A stretch of DNA of 64,000 bases from Octopus vulgaris (taxonomy: Eukaryota): positions 45,756,001 to 45,820,000 of the forward strand of contig OX597835.1 of assembly GCA_951406725.2 (NCBI GenBank), in the 5' to 3' direction. Made by a program: the position numbers and the translations under genes. Shown here one piece after another: positions 14,464-28,130 of the stretch; the first letter of the stretch is position 1, and every line of letters begins with the position of its first letter. The notes below the pieces were generated by a model that ran no database searches, was not told the DNA's origin, and saw only the letters and a list, made by a program, of their open reading frames with translations.

Positions 14464-15190
14464 AGTTACCATCATCATCACCCTCATTACCATTACTGTT
14501 GTAGTTGAGGAAGTTCATTTGAGTCACTCACACGAGTTTTGAATACTTGGATTTTTGCGCCTTCGGAAGGTATGGATAACAGATATTATATCAATACCTG
14601 CATAGAAGGGGACGCTTTTGGTTTAGACACTAATTATTATTATCATTTTTCAATTTCGATGTATTATATTCATTGCCTTTGTGGTTTCTCGCTCTTGAGA
14701 TTTTAGAAACGATCATCTCATCCTAAACATTAATTCGCATCTCAGGAGTCTTCAAGCGTGACGTAAATCTCAATTAAAATTCAGTTTGGCGAATGGAAGT
14801 TAAATGCATTATAACAAATGAAAAAAATATTCACCAGGAAGAAAAAATGCAATAAGGTCATTTATCAATGGATACAAAGTTTTTTTTTTTTTCTTTTAAA
14901 TTTTTGGCATAACATTAAATACGTAAGAAAACTGTTTCAATATTAAGCCTTGAGCATGTTCCCAAAGAAAACCCAATCCAGAAACCCCAATCCAGAAGCC
15001 CTAAATCACCAAAATAATTGAGTTCTGCCAAATGCATGTTTCTGTTAAGACTGAGATAAAATTTCGTAACTTTTGTACAAGTCGACTTTATTTTCATCGC
15101 TTCGAGATCGATAACATACTGGATCAATATATTCGACTAACACCATCCAACCAAATATCAGACCTTGTGCCTTTAGTAAATACCATCATC

Positions 15191-15221
<31 letters not shown>

Positions 15222-15252
15222 GTGTCACCATCACTATTATTATTATTATTAT

Positions 15253-15450
15253 TCTATGTTTGACTTTTGCTTTATATTTGTACAAGTTGGCTCCAAGTCT
15301 CACCCAGAGACCTCAAGAGACAACAGGGTTGGAAGTTCATGTTGTTATGCCTAGTGTGCCATATATTTGGGGGGTGGGGATGTTGTACAAATGAATGTCT
15401 AAAAAAAGTTGTTTTTTTTTTTAAACCGAAAATTATGTTTGTTTTAAACC

Positions 15451-15522
<72 letters not shown>

Positions 15523-15830
15523 GTTTGACTTTTGCTTTATATTTGTACAAGTTGGATCCAAGTCTCACCCAGAAACCTCAAGTGGCAACATTTTGGACGT
15601 TCGTATTGTTGTTATGCCTAGTGTGCCATATATTTTGTTTTGTATTTAGTGTTGTACTAATGAATGCCTAAAAAAAAAAACAATGAAAGTTATGTTTGTT
15701 TTAAAACTTGAGGTTACATAGAAAGTATCTTGCGTAGGATATGAGCAGTTCCCATGAGCACTATCTTTTGAATTTCTGCCATTTTGGGGTTTCCTTGTAT
15801 CTGATTTAGGTAGCGATCAACCCCTTTTAA
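15253..15830 (-). mobile_element. Two successive R4/Dong-like 3' ends separated by (TTA)n
   Basis: 15253-15450 and 15520-15830 match 21197-21618; minus strand GNPKMAEIQKIVLMGTAHILRKILSM. Confidence 0.85.
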
Positions 15831-16329
15831 TATTATAATTATTATTGTTGTCGCTGTGGAGTAGATTGGATATGTTTTCGAACGCTCCAAGTAAGTTCAG
15901 TTCAAAACATTTGTTTGCACCAGTTTGGAGCAATTGTTTCGCGTTACATTTTGTTCCAAGTTGTTAATACAAACGTAGGGATCTGTCACTGGTTTTTCAC
16001 TCTTTGTTTGGTCCCTCGTGGAGCAAAATTCGACCCACCATATGAGTTAAGTGGGAGTTTAACAAGAAGATGGCGGTGGCATCTTGAAAGAATTAAGGAA
16101 GAAATGTCCCTCACGCAGATCTAGTGGCTGCTGAAGGTTTCCTTCCCCTTCCCTCCGTTACTGGCAACAATTTAGGACGTGTGTGTGTGTGGAGGGGGGG
16201 TAGAAAAGTGAAGGTGAAATAATACTAAGTCCATTTCGAAATAACAACATTGGCAAAAGCGACATTAGCATCGGGAGCAGGAATAGGAGCGGTGGCAGCA
16301 GTGACGGCAGCGGTAGTGGCGGCGGGAGG

Positions 16330-19010
16330 GAGCATTTTTAGTAGAGAGGGCACCAGCTGCCGTCAAGAATTTGGACCTAGAGATCTCCATTTCCAGCGAA
16401 TTCGAGGGCCACCTCCCAGTAGTGTCAGGCGTCAACGAAGAGCCCTCGACTACAACAAGACGACCAAACTTTTTTTTTCCAAGGTCTGTGGTCTCCCGCC
16501 CCTAAGCCCTAGACCATCACCTAATCACCCTTACCCGTCTTGTTGCTTAACAAAGAAAACAACAACAACATCAACAGCGGTGGTCCCTGAGACAGTAGTA
16601 GCAGAGATAGCGTTTTCGTTAATAATGCAAGGGATTTTAACTGACAAATATTGCTAATATTTCAGCTCTCCTACAGCCGGATTGGATGAAAATAGCGGTG
16701 ACGGTGGTACTGAGAGTGGCCACGGTGGAAGCGGCCACAAATCCACCGCCACCACCAACATCAACAACAATAGTAGCCGCGTCAGCAGCAGCAGTAACTA
16801 CAACAACAAGAGCAGCGTCAACGACAACAAAAACAATAACAAAAATAAATTGTTTGCTTCTGTAGCGAACACAAAGAGAGAAATGTGTGCCACTAATCCG
16901 TGATAATACCCGTGAACCACTGAATGCGAAAGACAATAAATTTAAGAGGGATAAGACTGCAGGTCTCGTAATAATAGAAGCAAAAATAGAAGGCAGTACA
17001 TTTCAGATGCGTATCACGAAAATAGCTTCAATCAATAATGTTGAGGAGGCCCTCGGAGAAATTTTAATAGATATGGCCAATATAGAGAGAGGGAAGCAGT
17101 TTGCCAACATAGAGGTCATCTTTAAAAGTGAGGACCTCGCGAGAAGACATGCAGGGTCACCCCTAGGACGACCACAAAAAGAACGACCAAAATTAGAATA
17201 AATGGCATTCCACCGAGTGTAAATGGTTAGTGGATTAGCGCCTATGTGGTGCAGGAGCCAGAGTCACCCCTGGGGGTAAATAGGAGGAGCAAGAAGACTT
17301 AGTTTGGGATCAACTTGAAAATATTGATCCATGTGAAACCAGGATACATCGAGAGGATCCAGGACAACGGGGTGGAACTGCGTGTCGTTGTAGAAGAGAG
17401 GAAGCCCTGATGAGATATTTGTGGGGCTACAAGCCACCCGAGAGACTTCTGCATCCAAAAGAATGGAACAGATCTTTTAGTAAAACAGTAACCTCCTCTC
17501 CAACCACATGGGAGATACATGAACTCCATAGTATGGTGAAAAACCACCAGGGGTATCTGTCAAGCCAGCTACTGCAGACCCTCTCTCTCACGCATACACA
17601 CATACCAACACGCTGACACTGCAACAAACGCATTCACACTACCCGAGACAGATCGTACAGACGCTAGTCCCTCCTCATCCCATAGTGGAGATGGGGAAGA
17701 ACCTTACAAACACCCAAAACGTAAAAGACAAAGGAAATAAAACACAGACGAACAACAAAGACACCTGAAATCACAGAAACACTCCGCACATCGAACATAG
17801 ATACAACACAACTAATACCAGCACAACGATCCCCAAATATGTTGGCTCTCATATCCAGTAACAAAAAGATTGAGAAAGAGAGTGCAATCTACGACACCAT
17901 CGCCCTTAGGGTTCCGGATCAATTAATGTTAATTCAGCTACCCCTCAAATCATGCAAAGAGATTCTGGGGGATTTCCCGCATAACGTGGGAAGGCCAAAC
18001 GTCCGCGCCACGAAGAGTCTTTTAGCTGGTTTCCCTGAGGAACCAGATCTGGAGCCTGGGTCACCAGGTTGCCAACAGCTCCGGGAGTGTAAGAAATCCC
18101 ACTTTTTATTCCTCAAACCTTTAGAGCCGTTATGGCGATTATCAGAGTGGGATGCATAAATGTTTGCGGCCTACGAATAACCTGGAAGCAAAGTTACTCG
18201 CTCAATGACCTGAGATCGCTAGGTTTGGATGTGATAGCAGCCAATGGGACCAGGATTGCCGACACACGTGACCTTGCACACATTTTCGAAGATTATGAGA
18301 TCTACGCATTTCTTAGTCGGCGTGGAGTGGGAGGCGGGGTGGCAGTGCTGGTTAGAAAAGGCCAGGATCTCGAAGTTCGAACGAACTTCCTTGACCCGAA
18401 GTGTAAGTTGGTGGTCCTGGGCATGAGCGACAGTCAAGATGGTGCCTTTTGACTAGTCGCTGTTTACGCCTCCACGGGGGCAGGGCAGCCATATTTCTTC
18501 TGACGTTTGGAGGTTTTCTTTGGGGCTTTACGTTCTTTAATATTAGTGGGTGACTGGAAGGTCATGTTGGACGCACGCTTGGACAGGGTGGGGCTAGACG
18601 ATAGGAGATGGGGGAGTAAAAACCTCAGAAATATGCTCAGCCGCTGACAGGTACCGACTAAATTCCCCGAATGTACCATATCTATATAGAGTATTGTGTA
18701 GAACTGTAGATAGAAGTTGTCTACGTTTCAAAGTCGTCGACTACACGGACCATGAATTTGTGATCTGTACGGTCGACATGGACATGATCTATCGAGAGGG
18801 CCCCGGATACAGAACTTGTCCTTCTCGGCGCGCCAAGTTTTCAGAGCAAGGTAGTCCATCGAGAGTTGTCAGGCGCAATCATCAACCGTCATTCGTTGAT
18901 AATCCTGAAAAGGTCTATTAGAGTTAGAGGCGGTATGTTTTAGTAAGGAAACAGCGCTAGAGGAATCCAGGATAGAGGGTGAGTTATTTAGAAAAAGCGC
19001 CAATGAAGAT
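16330..19010 (+). mobile_element. Decayed L1/Tx1-like LINE, 5' half (ORF1 and APE)
   Basis: ORF1 remnants 16682-17460 with decayed knuckle (VVVEERKP..ICGATSH..FC); ORF2 from 18132 RVGCINVCGL..GGGVAVL..LVAVYA..ILVGDW is an L1-type APE; many stops; 5' boundary approximate. Confidence 0.75.
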
Positions 19011-19014
19011 ACCC

Positions 19015-21075
19015 AAACACTTTATCGTTGTGGCGCTTGTATACTTTCTTGCAAGGCTCTCACATTCACTTACCATGTGGGTCGTATTTTCCACGCTATT
19101 TCCACAGAATCTTCATTTCTGTGTGTCAGACGTTTTATAGATGTTATACTTCTCTGAATTGGTAGCGAGAGCCTCATCGTGTGCAGCAATGATCAGGCTT
19201 TCGGTGGTACGCTTCAAATCTCTCCTCTCACGCCATACCCAGGGTACTGTATTATCATTTACGCCTTTTCTATTCCTTTCAAACTCCATGCATTCTCATT
19301 TCAAGACGGTCTTCTTTCCTCTTCTCGTGAGTTGTTTCGTTAAACTCTTCTTTGCCCATCATTTCATTTGCATTCACACTCATATCTTTCGCAGCATATT
19401 GCTGCAGGTTTTAATCACTATTTATCAAAAACTCGACAAGCGTTCACCTTTCACTCCTTATACAATGGTCTATACTTATTAGTCTTCTGCCAACAATCTT
19501 TGTTTTAATATACAGTATGTTTACGTTTGCTTTAGGGTGTAGCATCCAATGCAGCGTCATCAACTTTCTCGTTTTTGTATCCAGTGTTGATATTTCATCC
19601 TTAGTTCAAATGAGGATAGACGCACTATATCTGACCACCACAACTGCCCAGATATTCATTGCGGTAATCAAAGGTTTGGCAATCAGGTTGGATTTCACCC
19701 TGTTTTTGATATGTCTCGCTGATCATTTCCATATGAAGAATGTCCTCCAGCTCCAAAATCCCTAAATATATATACACGCAACCGTCGGGTTCACACATGG
19801 TCCTCTCCTGATGGTAACCGCAGTTCTCTGTAGGCTGATTCCTTCTGGACTGTTTTGGTTAAGGAATCTATCCGTTTTTCAAATTTCCCAAACAATTTCA
19901 AGTCATCCATAAACAGAAGTTGGTTCAATGATAGGCCTTTCTTTCCACATCGGTAACCTATCTTAACTTTCCTAAGTTAGGGGTATTAGTGCTATTACAA
20001 ATATTACAAACTCCTGCAGGCATTCAACGATCCAACGATGCAGTATCGTATCATATGCCTTCTTAAAGTCAGTCGAAATCATAGCCATCTTTGTATATTT
20101 TTTTTTTTACAAAACCTCAAAACCCTTTTATCAATGACCAGGTGATCCCTGAGAACTCTTTTTCCATCCTTTTTGTTCCCTTGGTAGTATTTCTTCCTGT
20201 GCCAGGAAAGTATATGTCTTTGCCGCACATATTCCAGTGAGCTTCTTCTTGATTATGTTTAGGCATGCTATGGGACGTTAGTTTCCCACAATATTCCCCT
20301 TTCTTCTATCATTCATTATAAGTGTTCTCCTCCCAGGCACCACCCACGCGTGGACTGTACCTTTATGGATACACTCATTCAATTAGGCTGCACTCTTTCA
20401 AGTACCAAGTGCCATATCTTCAGCCAAAAGTCATGAATCCCATCTGGTCCGGCAGTTTCCAGTTAGGCATTTGGCCCACTTGTTCTTTCACGTCAACTGT
20501 GCTTATGACAATATATCTTTGTTCCTTTCCTCCTTGTAATTCTCTCTTGATAGTTCCTATCCATATTGCTTCCCTCTTATGCCCCACATCATTTCCCCAT
20601 AATCCGCTCCAGAACTCCTTGGCTTGATTTGCATCAGGAGCAACGTTTTCCCCATTGGCTCCTTCTAACATTCGGTAGAATTGCTTCGGGTTATTTTGAA
20701 CAATCTGTTTTCCTCGAACTGCTTATTTCTGTTTACAAATCTTCTGATCTGGCTTTTTGGCATGAACCTCTATTTCAACAGCTCTATTATTGCATCAAAA
20801 CCGTTCAACCATATTTTATATTTATTTTTTATTTTTTCTCTATCAGTCTTTCTCCCATTTTTCCAGTTTCCTTTTAACCATTGCTCAATTTTCCCTAGAT
20901 CTTGCCTTTCCCGCGCAATGTCCCTTTCAATGCCTCATTTCCACCATGGTTCTTTTGCTCCACCATTTTTTGTTCTCTTAAGTTGTAATTTCTACACAAC
21001 AAGTCGCGCTCGGGAGAAGATTCCTCCATCTGGATGTCTCTCCCACCAAAAGTTCAGATTTTGTGCCTACTGTAG
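19015..21075 (-). mobile_element. R4/Dong-like LINE, ~2 kb decayed internal fragment
   Basis: Minus strand EPWWK..IERDI, AKEFWSGLWG, MPNWK, LLFMDDLKLF; CCHC region near 19030; starts at (TAA)n. Confidence 0.85.
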
Positions 21076-21076
21076 A

Positions 21077-21693
<617 letters not shown>

Positions 21694-22082
21694 GCAGTCA
21701 GGCAGTCGTCGTGACAAGACGTACTTTTTATAGCTCCCGTCAGTAACTAACCAAAGAAGCATTTTTCAACTCAATTTAACTCAACTCAACTCAAGCTAAC
21801 ATAATCTCTCCTTGTCTTTAATCTCAAGACTTTTGAACTCTACAATCCTACTATACTACTCTTTTACTACCATCGGAGGATAAATTTATACAAATCTATA
21901 TACAACCTGAAGAAAGAGGAACAACCCAAAACTAAATACTAAACCCAAGACTAGTTCTAAAACTAGTCCCGTGAGTACAATTCTTTTTTTCTTGGTCTGT
22001 ATCAAACACACCGCTCATCCCGATTGTACTAATTAGATTGTACTAATTACACTGAACTCTCACACACACAAGCCACGAATTT

Positions 22083-22172
22083 CCGAGTATATCGACACAA
22101 ACTTTCCAACGGTGTATTCACTATTTACCGAGTATATCGACACAAACTTTTCAACAGTGTGTTCACTATTTT
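22083..22172 (+). repeat. 45 bp tandem duplication in the LINE 5' UTR
   Basis: CCGAGTATATCGACACAAACTTT.CAAC.GTGT.TTCACTATTT occurs twice. Confidence 0.9.
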
Positions 22173-22262
22173 ACATCAAGCCATCAATAATTGGTGTACA
22201 CATACATAGACACGCATACACATACATACATATATATATTACACAACACTACCCCACTGAAT

Positions 22263-23539
22263 ATGGCCAATAATTTTCAAAAACGCCGCTGGGTTGAAAA
22301 TGAAATTACTGCAATGATTAACGCTTGGTTCATCCATCACAACGAAGCTAATGTTTATAGCAAAATAACTGAGGATTTAACGAAAAAATCCTTTCACAGA
22401 TCTGTAAAACAGATAGAAAATAAATTAAAAGAAATTGTTAGGATATTCCCTATTTTTCACGCGCACATGGCTACACTAAAAGCCATTCTTGCCAACGAAT
22501 TCAGTACAACAAATGACCAAATCCCAACAGGTCAGTGGTCACTTCAACAGCAACAATCAACTGACCTACTTCCATTGACAACAGCACCTGATGAACCAAG
22601 TCAAGTCTCACCTTCGCTACAGCAACAAAAACAACAACAACAACAACAACACTCTAATACTACCACTAGTCAAGTTCCAATGCTGCTACAACTCCCCACT
22701 ACTGCCACAATAGGAAAATCACTACTACATCCGCGTAAAACTATCTGCCACTACTACTCTCAAGGCAGCTGCAGATTTGACCACATACTGGCAAGCCAGA
22801 ACCCACCATTACAAAATCAACAAGCTGCTTCTAACACCACCACCACCACCACCACTACAACTACTGCCAAAATAGAAAAACCACTACTACAACCAAATAA
22901 AACCCCTGCCGTTACTATTCTAAAGGCACTTGTAGATTTGGCCCCAGCGGCACAAACAAAAATGGACGCTGTGCTTTTCCCCACCCGACCTTATGTCGTA
23001 GACTTGCTATGGGCACCTGTCCATACGGTATAACAGGAAAAAATTGCCCCCACCTCCACCCCAAATACTGTCCTAAATACAGAATCTATGGTTCTGACCC
23101 TAAATACGGATGCATAAGAGGCAATGGATGCACCTTATTCCATCCTAAACTGTGCCAAACTTCTGTCTCACAAAGGATGTGCCTGAACCCAAAATGCAAC
23201 AACCACCATCTGAAGGGCACAAAACGATCACAGAATAGATATGAACAGGAACAGAGGAAATCTAGGACAACAACAAGAACAAAATACAACCACGTTTCCC
23301 CTCCTACAATCAAACTACGTAGACAGAACCAGGAAAAAACACCAAATAACGCCAACTTGAAATATGTATCCTCTGACCAAGTGGCAAACCAAACAAGTAA
23401 CTCTTTTTTACTGACATACCTGGAAAATATGAAGGCCGACCTAAGCCAGGAGATCCAGCGAGCCATCACCAACCATCTATGCAAATCACAAGGACCACTC
23501 ACCCATTACCAACTTCCCTTACCTCGACATTCCTGTTAA
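22263..23539 (+). pseudogene. LINE ORF1: N-terminal Myb/SANT-like domain, Q/T-rich linker, CCCH zinc-finger array; frameshift near 22900
   Basis: RRWVENEITAMINAW..YSKITEDL..RSVKQIENKLKEI; a frame change at AAATAAAACCCC restores CRYYSKGTCRFG..CAFPH, which joins ORF 23009-23539 with three more CCCH units. Confidence 0.75.
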
Positions 23540-23576
23540 ATGTACGTGGCATCAACCCATCAATTATTGCCCAAAA

Positions 23577-26477
23577 ATGGAAGATCCCATATATAGAGAG
23601 TTGGCTTGCCGAAATGGCACATTGCTTCCTTTCTTTATCCTTACCGAGACTCACCTGAACAACACCCATATGGACGCAGAGGTGAAAATAAAAGATTTCA
23701 CCATTGTTCGTGCGGATCGCACAGACCGAAATAAGGGAGGGACAGCCATCTTTATCCATGACTCCTTTTCACTTGATGTCAAGGACGCATTTTCCAATGG
23801 CTACTGTGAATCGGTATCAGTATACAACAAAGCCAAGGACATAACCATTGTTGGTCTTTACAGGCCTCCCCAGGCACCTCTAAAGTACTTTGAAGAGTGC
23901 CTTAGCAAAGTCAAGTCCTTCCTTCGGAAGTACCACTCCGGAAACATAATAGTGATGGGTGATTTTAACCTCCCTCATGTGAACTGGCCCACAAATACTC
24001 CGAAGTTAGGCAAGTGCTCTACATCAGATAGGGCAGCAGCAGAACTGCTCTTTAATCTGATGGATGAGTATTTCCTGACTCAGCTAGTGCTTGAACCAAC
24101 GAGACAGAATAAAACGATCTTGGATCTGGTACTGACCAATCACTCTAGCTACGTTCACAGCATTTCAGTCGAAAAAACTCTCCTCTCAGACCACGACATG
24201 GTACTCTGCAATCTTAATTCCCGACGTATAAAAACCAAACCAGCCAATCCCACTCCATGGCACCCATTTGACAACATAAATTTCCACAAAGCGGACTGGG
24301 GAACAATCAGAAAGGATCTGTCTTCCATCGACTGGTCTTTTACTCTTAATTCCCCTCATATTGAGACCGCGTGGCAGCACTTTGAAACCATTGTCACCGA
24401 CACATGCTCTAAACACGCTCCCAAGAAATCTACTAACACAAACAGGAACCGGCTCCCTAAAAAGAAAAAAACACTCATCAGGCGCATCAAAAGACTCAAC
24501 AAAAAAATCAACCTATTAAAATATTCCCACACGCAACATCCACATTCAACAACAATGAAAAGACTAGAGCTGGAAAAACTTCATCTGCAGACTAACATGA
24601 AAACCTCCATTGAAAATCAAAGAGCTGTGGAGGAACAATGGGTAATCAAAAACATCAAACAGAACCCAAAAGTGTTCTATTCTTATGCAAATAAGCATAT
24701 AACCACTGTCTCACCTATTGGGCCATTGATTGATGAAAACGGCATTATCCAACACGATGCTAAAGAAATGGCAGAAATACTGCAGAAACAATATTGCTCT
24801 GTCTTCAGTGTTCCCACTGATATTGATGTGAGGGAAACGAACGAAGCTGACTCCCAACACAAAATCGCAGACATAACCTTCACTGCCACCGACATCGTAG
24901 CAGCAATAAATGAGGTCAAACATTACTCTGCTGTAGGCCCTGATAGATTTCCCGCCAGTCTCCTGAAGGAATGTAGATATCAACTTGCAGTCCCTCTGAC
25001 CAACCTCTGGAGAAACTCGTTAGACGCAGGTTATATACCGAAAAAGTTTCTATCCCAGTCGGTCATCCCGGTTTTCAAACAGGGAAACAGATCCCTCGCA
25101 GTCAACTATCGCCCAATCTCACTCACCTCCCACATCATTAAGGTGTTTGAAAGAGTGTTAAGATCAAGGATAGCTGACTTCCTGGAGACCCACAAACTCC
25201 TAAATTCAAATCAGCATGGCTTTCGCTGTGGCAGGGACTGTCTAACACAGCTCTTACACCACATTGAAGATGTACTCAAAGCCTTGGGAACAGGTTCGAA
25301 CTCTGACGTCATATACCTTGACTTCAGTAAAGCGTTCGACAGGGTAGACCATAACATCCTACTCTCAAAATTGGCAAATGTTGGAATCCGTGGAAAAGTT
25401 CTACACTGGATTCAGTATTTCCTAGCGAATAGAACACAACATGTTGTAGTTGATGGAGTCCACTCAAACGGTGTTCCCCAGGGAACTGTTTTGGGTGTTT
25501 TGGGTCCGCTACTCTTCATAATTTATGTAAACGACCTTTCCAGTGTCGTACATCACTGCAAAGTGAAAATATTCGCTGATGACACTAAGCTCCAGCAAAT
25601 CGTCAATGAAGAAGCAGACCGAACTCAACTCCAGTCTGACCTATATGCTGTGAGTCAATGGGCAGACAGAAACAAAATGCAACTGAATGAGGGAAAATTT
25701 GAGCTGATGCATTTTGGAAGAAATTCCTCACTAAAACAACCATACTCTCTTCCTTCAGGGGAACCGCTCACAGCCTCTAACAATATCAGAGACCTGGGTG
25801 TAATTGTTGATGACGATCTCAGTTGGAGTGCACACATCAACAAGAAGGTCGATACAGCTCGTAGGATGAGTTCCTGGATCTTAAGGACTTTCCGGTCCAG
25901 AGAACAAGGTGTCATCATACCACTTTTTTCATCCTTTGTACGGCCACACCTTGAATACTGCTGCCCACTGTGGTCTCCTCACACAAGACAAAACATCTCC
26001 AGAATTGAGTCACCCCAGAGGGCTCTCACTAAACAAATTGAAGGCATGGCTGCTCTCGATTATTGGGATCGCCTTAAAGCCTTGAAACTTTACTCCCTCC
26101 AGCGTCGCCGTGAGCGGTACATCATTTGTACGATGTGGAAAATATACCGCCAACTTTGCCCAAACGACCTAAACATTAGCTTCAAGGTTCATCCGAGACT
26201 TGGACCACGGGCTATACGTCCCCTGCCAAATTCAAGATCACAACATACGTGTACACTGCAACATAATTTCTTTTCCTCAACAGGCCCTGCCCTATTTAAC
26301 ATTGTCCCGAGGGAGATCAAAGAGGAAAAGGATCCCATCAACTTCAAACAGAGTCTGGATAGATTCTTTCAAAGAATACCAGATAAGCCACCCATAATTG
26401 GATACAACTCACCCAACAAGAACTCACTACTTGAACAAAACTGGATACAACTCACCCAACAAGAACTCACTACTTGA
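23577..26477 (+). CDS. LINE ORF2: APE endonuclease and reverse transcriptase (probably defective)
   Basis: 966 aa ORF with LTETHL, GDFN, LDLVLTN, SDH, NYRPISLTS, YLDFSKAFDRV, GVPQG, FADD, RPHLEY; the N-terminal LLNVRG motif lies upstream in another frame. Confidence 0.92.
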   Translation: MEDPIYRELACRNGTLLPFFILTETHLNNTHMDAEVKIKDFTIVRADRTDRNKGGTAIFIHDSFSLDVKDAFSNGYCESVSVYNKAKDITIVGLYRPPQAPLKYFEECLSKVKSFLRKYHSGNIIVMGDFNLPHVNWPTNTPKLGKCSTSDRAAAELLFNLMDEYFLTQLVLEPTRQNKTILDLVLTNHSSYVHSISVEKTLLSDHDMVLCNLNSRRIKTKPANPTPWHPFDNINFHKADWGTIRKDLSSIDWSFTLNSPHIETAWQHFETIVTDTCSKHAPKKSTNTNRNRLPKKKKTLIRRIKRLNKKINLLKYSHTQHPHSTTMKRLELEKLHLQTNMKTSIENQRAVEEQWVIKNIKQNPKVFYSYANKHITTVSPIGPLIDENGIIQHDAKEMAEILQKQYCSVFSVPTDIDVRETNEADSQHKIADITFTATDIVAAINEVKHYSAVGPDRFPASLLKECRYQLAVPLTNLWRNSLDAGYIPKKFLSQSVIPVFKQGNRSLAVNYRPISLTSHIIKVFERVLRSRIADFLETHKLLNSNQHGFRCGRDCLTQLLHHIEDVLKALGTGSNSDVIYLDFSKAFDRVDHNILLSKLANVGIRGKVLHWIQYFLANRTQHVVVDGVHSNGVPQGTVLGVLGPLLFIIYVNDLSSVVHHCKVKIFADDTKLQQIVNEEADRTQLQSDLYAVSQWADRNKMQLNEGKFELMHFGRNSSLKQPYSLPSGEPLTASNNIRDLGVIVDDDLSWSAHINKKVDTARRMSSWILRTFRSREQGVIIPLFSSFVRPHLEYCCPLWSPHTRQNISRIESPQRALTKQIEGMAALDYWDRLKALKLYSLQRRRERYIICTMWKIYRQLCPNDLNISFKVHPRLGPRAIRPLPNSRSQHTCTLQHNFFSSTGPALFNIVPREIKEEKDPINFKQSLDRFFQRIPDKPPIIGYNSPNKNSLLEQNWIQLTQQELTT

Positions 26478-26629
26478 ACAAAACTTGACTTAAACAGGAT
26501 TCGAATAATCCTATCAGGTGGTGCTATTAAGTTAGACATGGCCTGGACCAATCTCTGGTCGAAACATATCTAAGTTTTATCTAAGTTTTATTATTATTAT
26601 TATCATTATTATCATCATCATCATCATTA

Positions 26630-26947
26630 TTTTCTTCCCTTCTTTCTTCAAATTTTCTTCCGTTTCTCGCCGAGTATTTTCCGTACACCTAGGGCAGAGA
26701 AGCTCATTATATGCATTCCCAGATCACACGGGCAAATTCACAGGTAAAATATGTATCTAAAATCTTAACAAATAAATAAATACATGAATGGATGTTGTTT
26801 TCACAGCGATAATGCTCTTCTCAGTACATGAGCCGTTCCAGTTAACATGATTTTTTGCATGGTATTATTTTCAAATAGGTTTCAGCATCTTTTTTTATCA
26901 TTCCAAGAGATCCTATAATCGCTGGTACTGTAGTCGCCTTGAGATGC
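26630..26947 (-). mobile_element. R4/Dong-like 3' end fragment
   Basis: Minus strand TTVPAIIGSLGMIK..IMLTGTAHVLRRALSL. Confidence 0.75.
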
Positions 26948-26948
26948 C

Positions 26949-27212
<264 letters not shown>

Positions 27213-28130
27213 GATCAGAGTGATATAGTGCTGGTAGGACTGTGTGATTTGGTGGAAGGCAATGCTACCAATCTATCTCACCACCACCAACTCCCTCTTC
27301 ATTTCATTTTCCTTTTATCTTATTTACTTTGAAAGTTCGTTGGTGACATTGGCGGTGTTAGCGTCGTTGTTATACTTGTTGTTCTTGTTGTTCTCTTTTT
27401 TTTTGTTTAGTTTAATCTTAAATAGTTTTCGAATCATCTTCTGATGTAGATGTTAATGTTAACCTAACTCTCCTGAGTCTATCTATTGATGTTTACTTTC
27501 TAATCTGAGAAAATTCCTGCGATTGATTTTCCCCCTTTTTCTTTCGTTTTTATATTTATCTACTTCGTTATTTCTCCTTCTTTCTTCTTCACACTTCTTC
27601 ACGTGTTTCTGACAGTATTTCTTTTTGCCCGGTTTTCTTCTTTCTTTATATATTTCAGGCTCTTATTTATTTCGCTCTTTGCACCTTTCTTTTATTCTTC
27701 CACTTTGAATCTTAATCGGCACAGAAGTAGGTGATACGCAGGACAAGGGGCTAAAATGCTTTACTTTGGTAAGCAGATCGAAGTTTCAAATCGAACCAGA
27801 ATTAAATACGCTTCTACTCATTAGATTAACTGGATTATAAAATTATTTTATTCAACCATGTTTCTATAAAATAAAATTACAAATAATCTCTTAGGATAGC
27901 TAAAGATATTTTCTTATACAAAGGTCCCCATTTAGTACAAATTGCAACCGTAAACGTTAAATTCACCGCAAAGCTAATCGAAAATATAATTGAATTTTGC
28001 ATCACACCCTGTTGGTACCAGATTTGAAACCACAGCACGAGAAAATTATCTCATGGAATCACCTACGATTTTATGAGGCTACTCAATCGTCGGCTAAAAT
28101 CTATTTTGTAATGCAATATAAATATATATA

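Larger units (their letters stand above)
21694..26589 (+). mobile_element. Near-full-length CR1-group LINE (~4.9 kb) inserted in (TTA)n
   Basis: 5' UTR starting GCAGTCAGGCAGTCG, ORF1, ORF2 APE-RT, 3' stem-loop and ATCTAAGTTTT tandem tail; TTA arrays on both sides; second 3' copy at 55984-56330. Confidence 0.93.
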
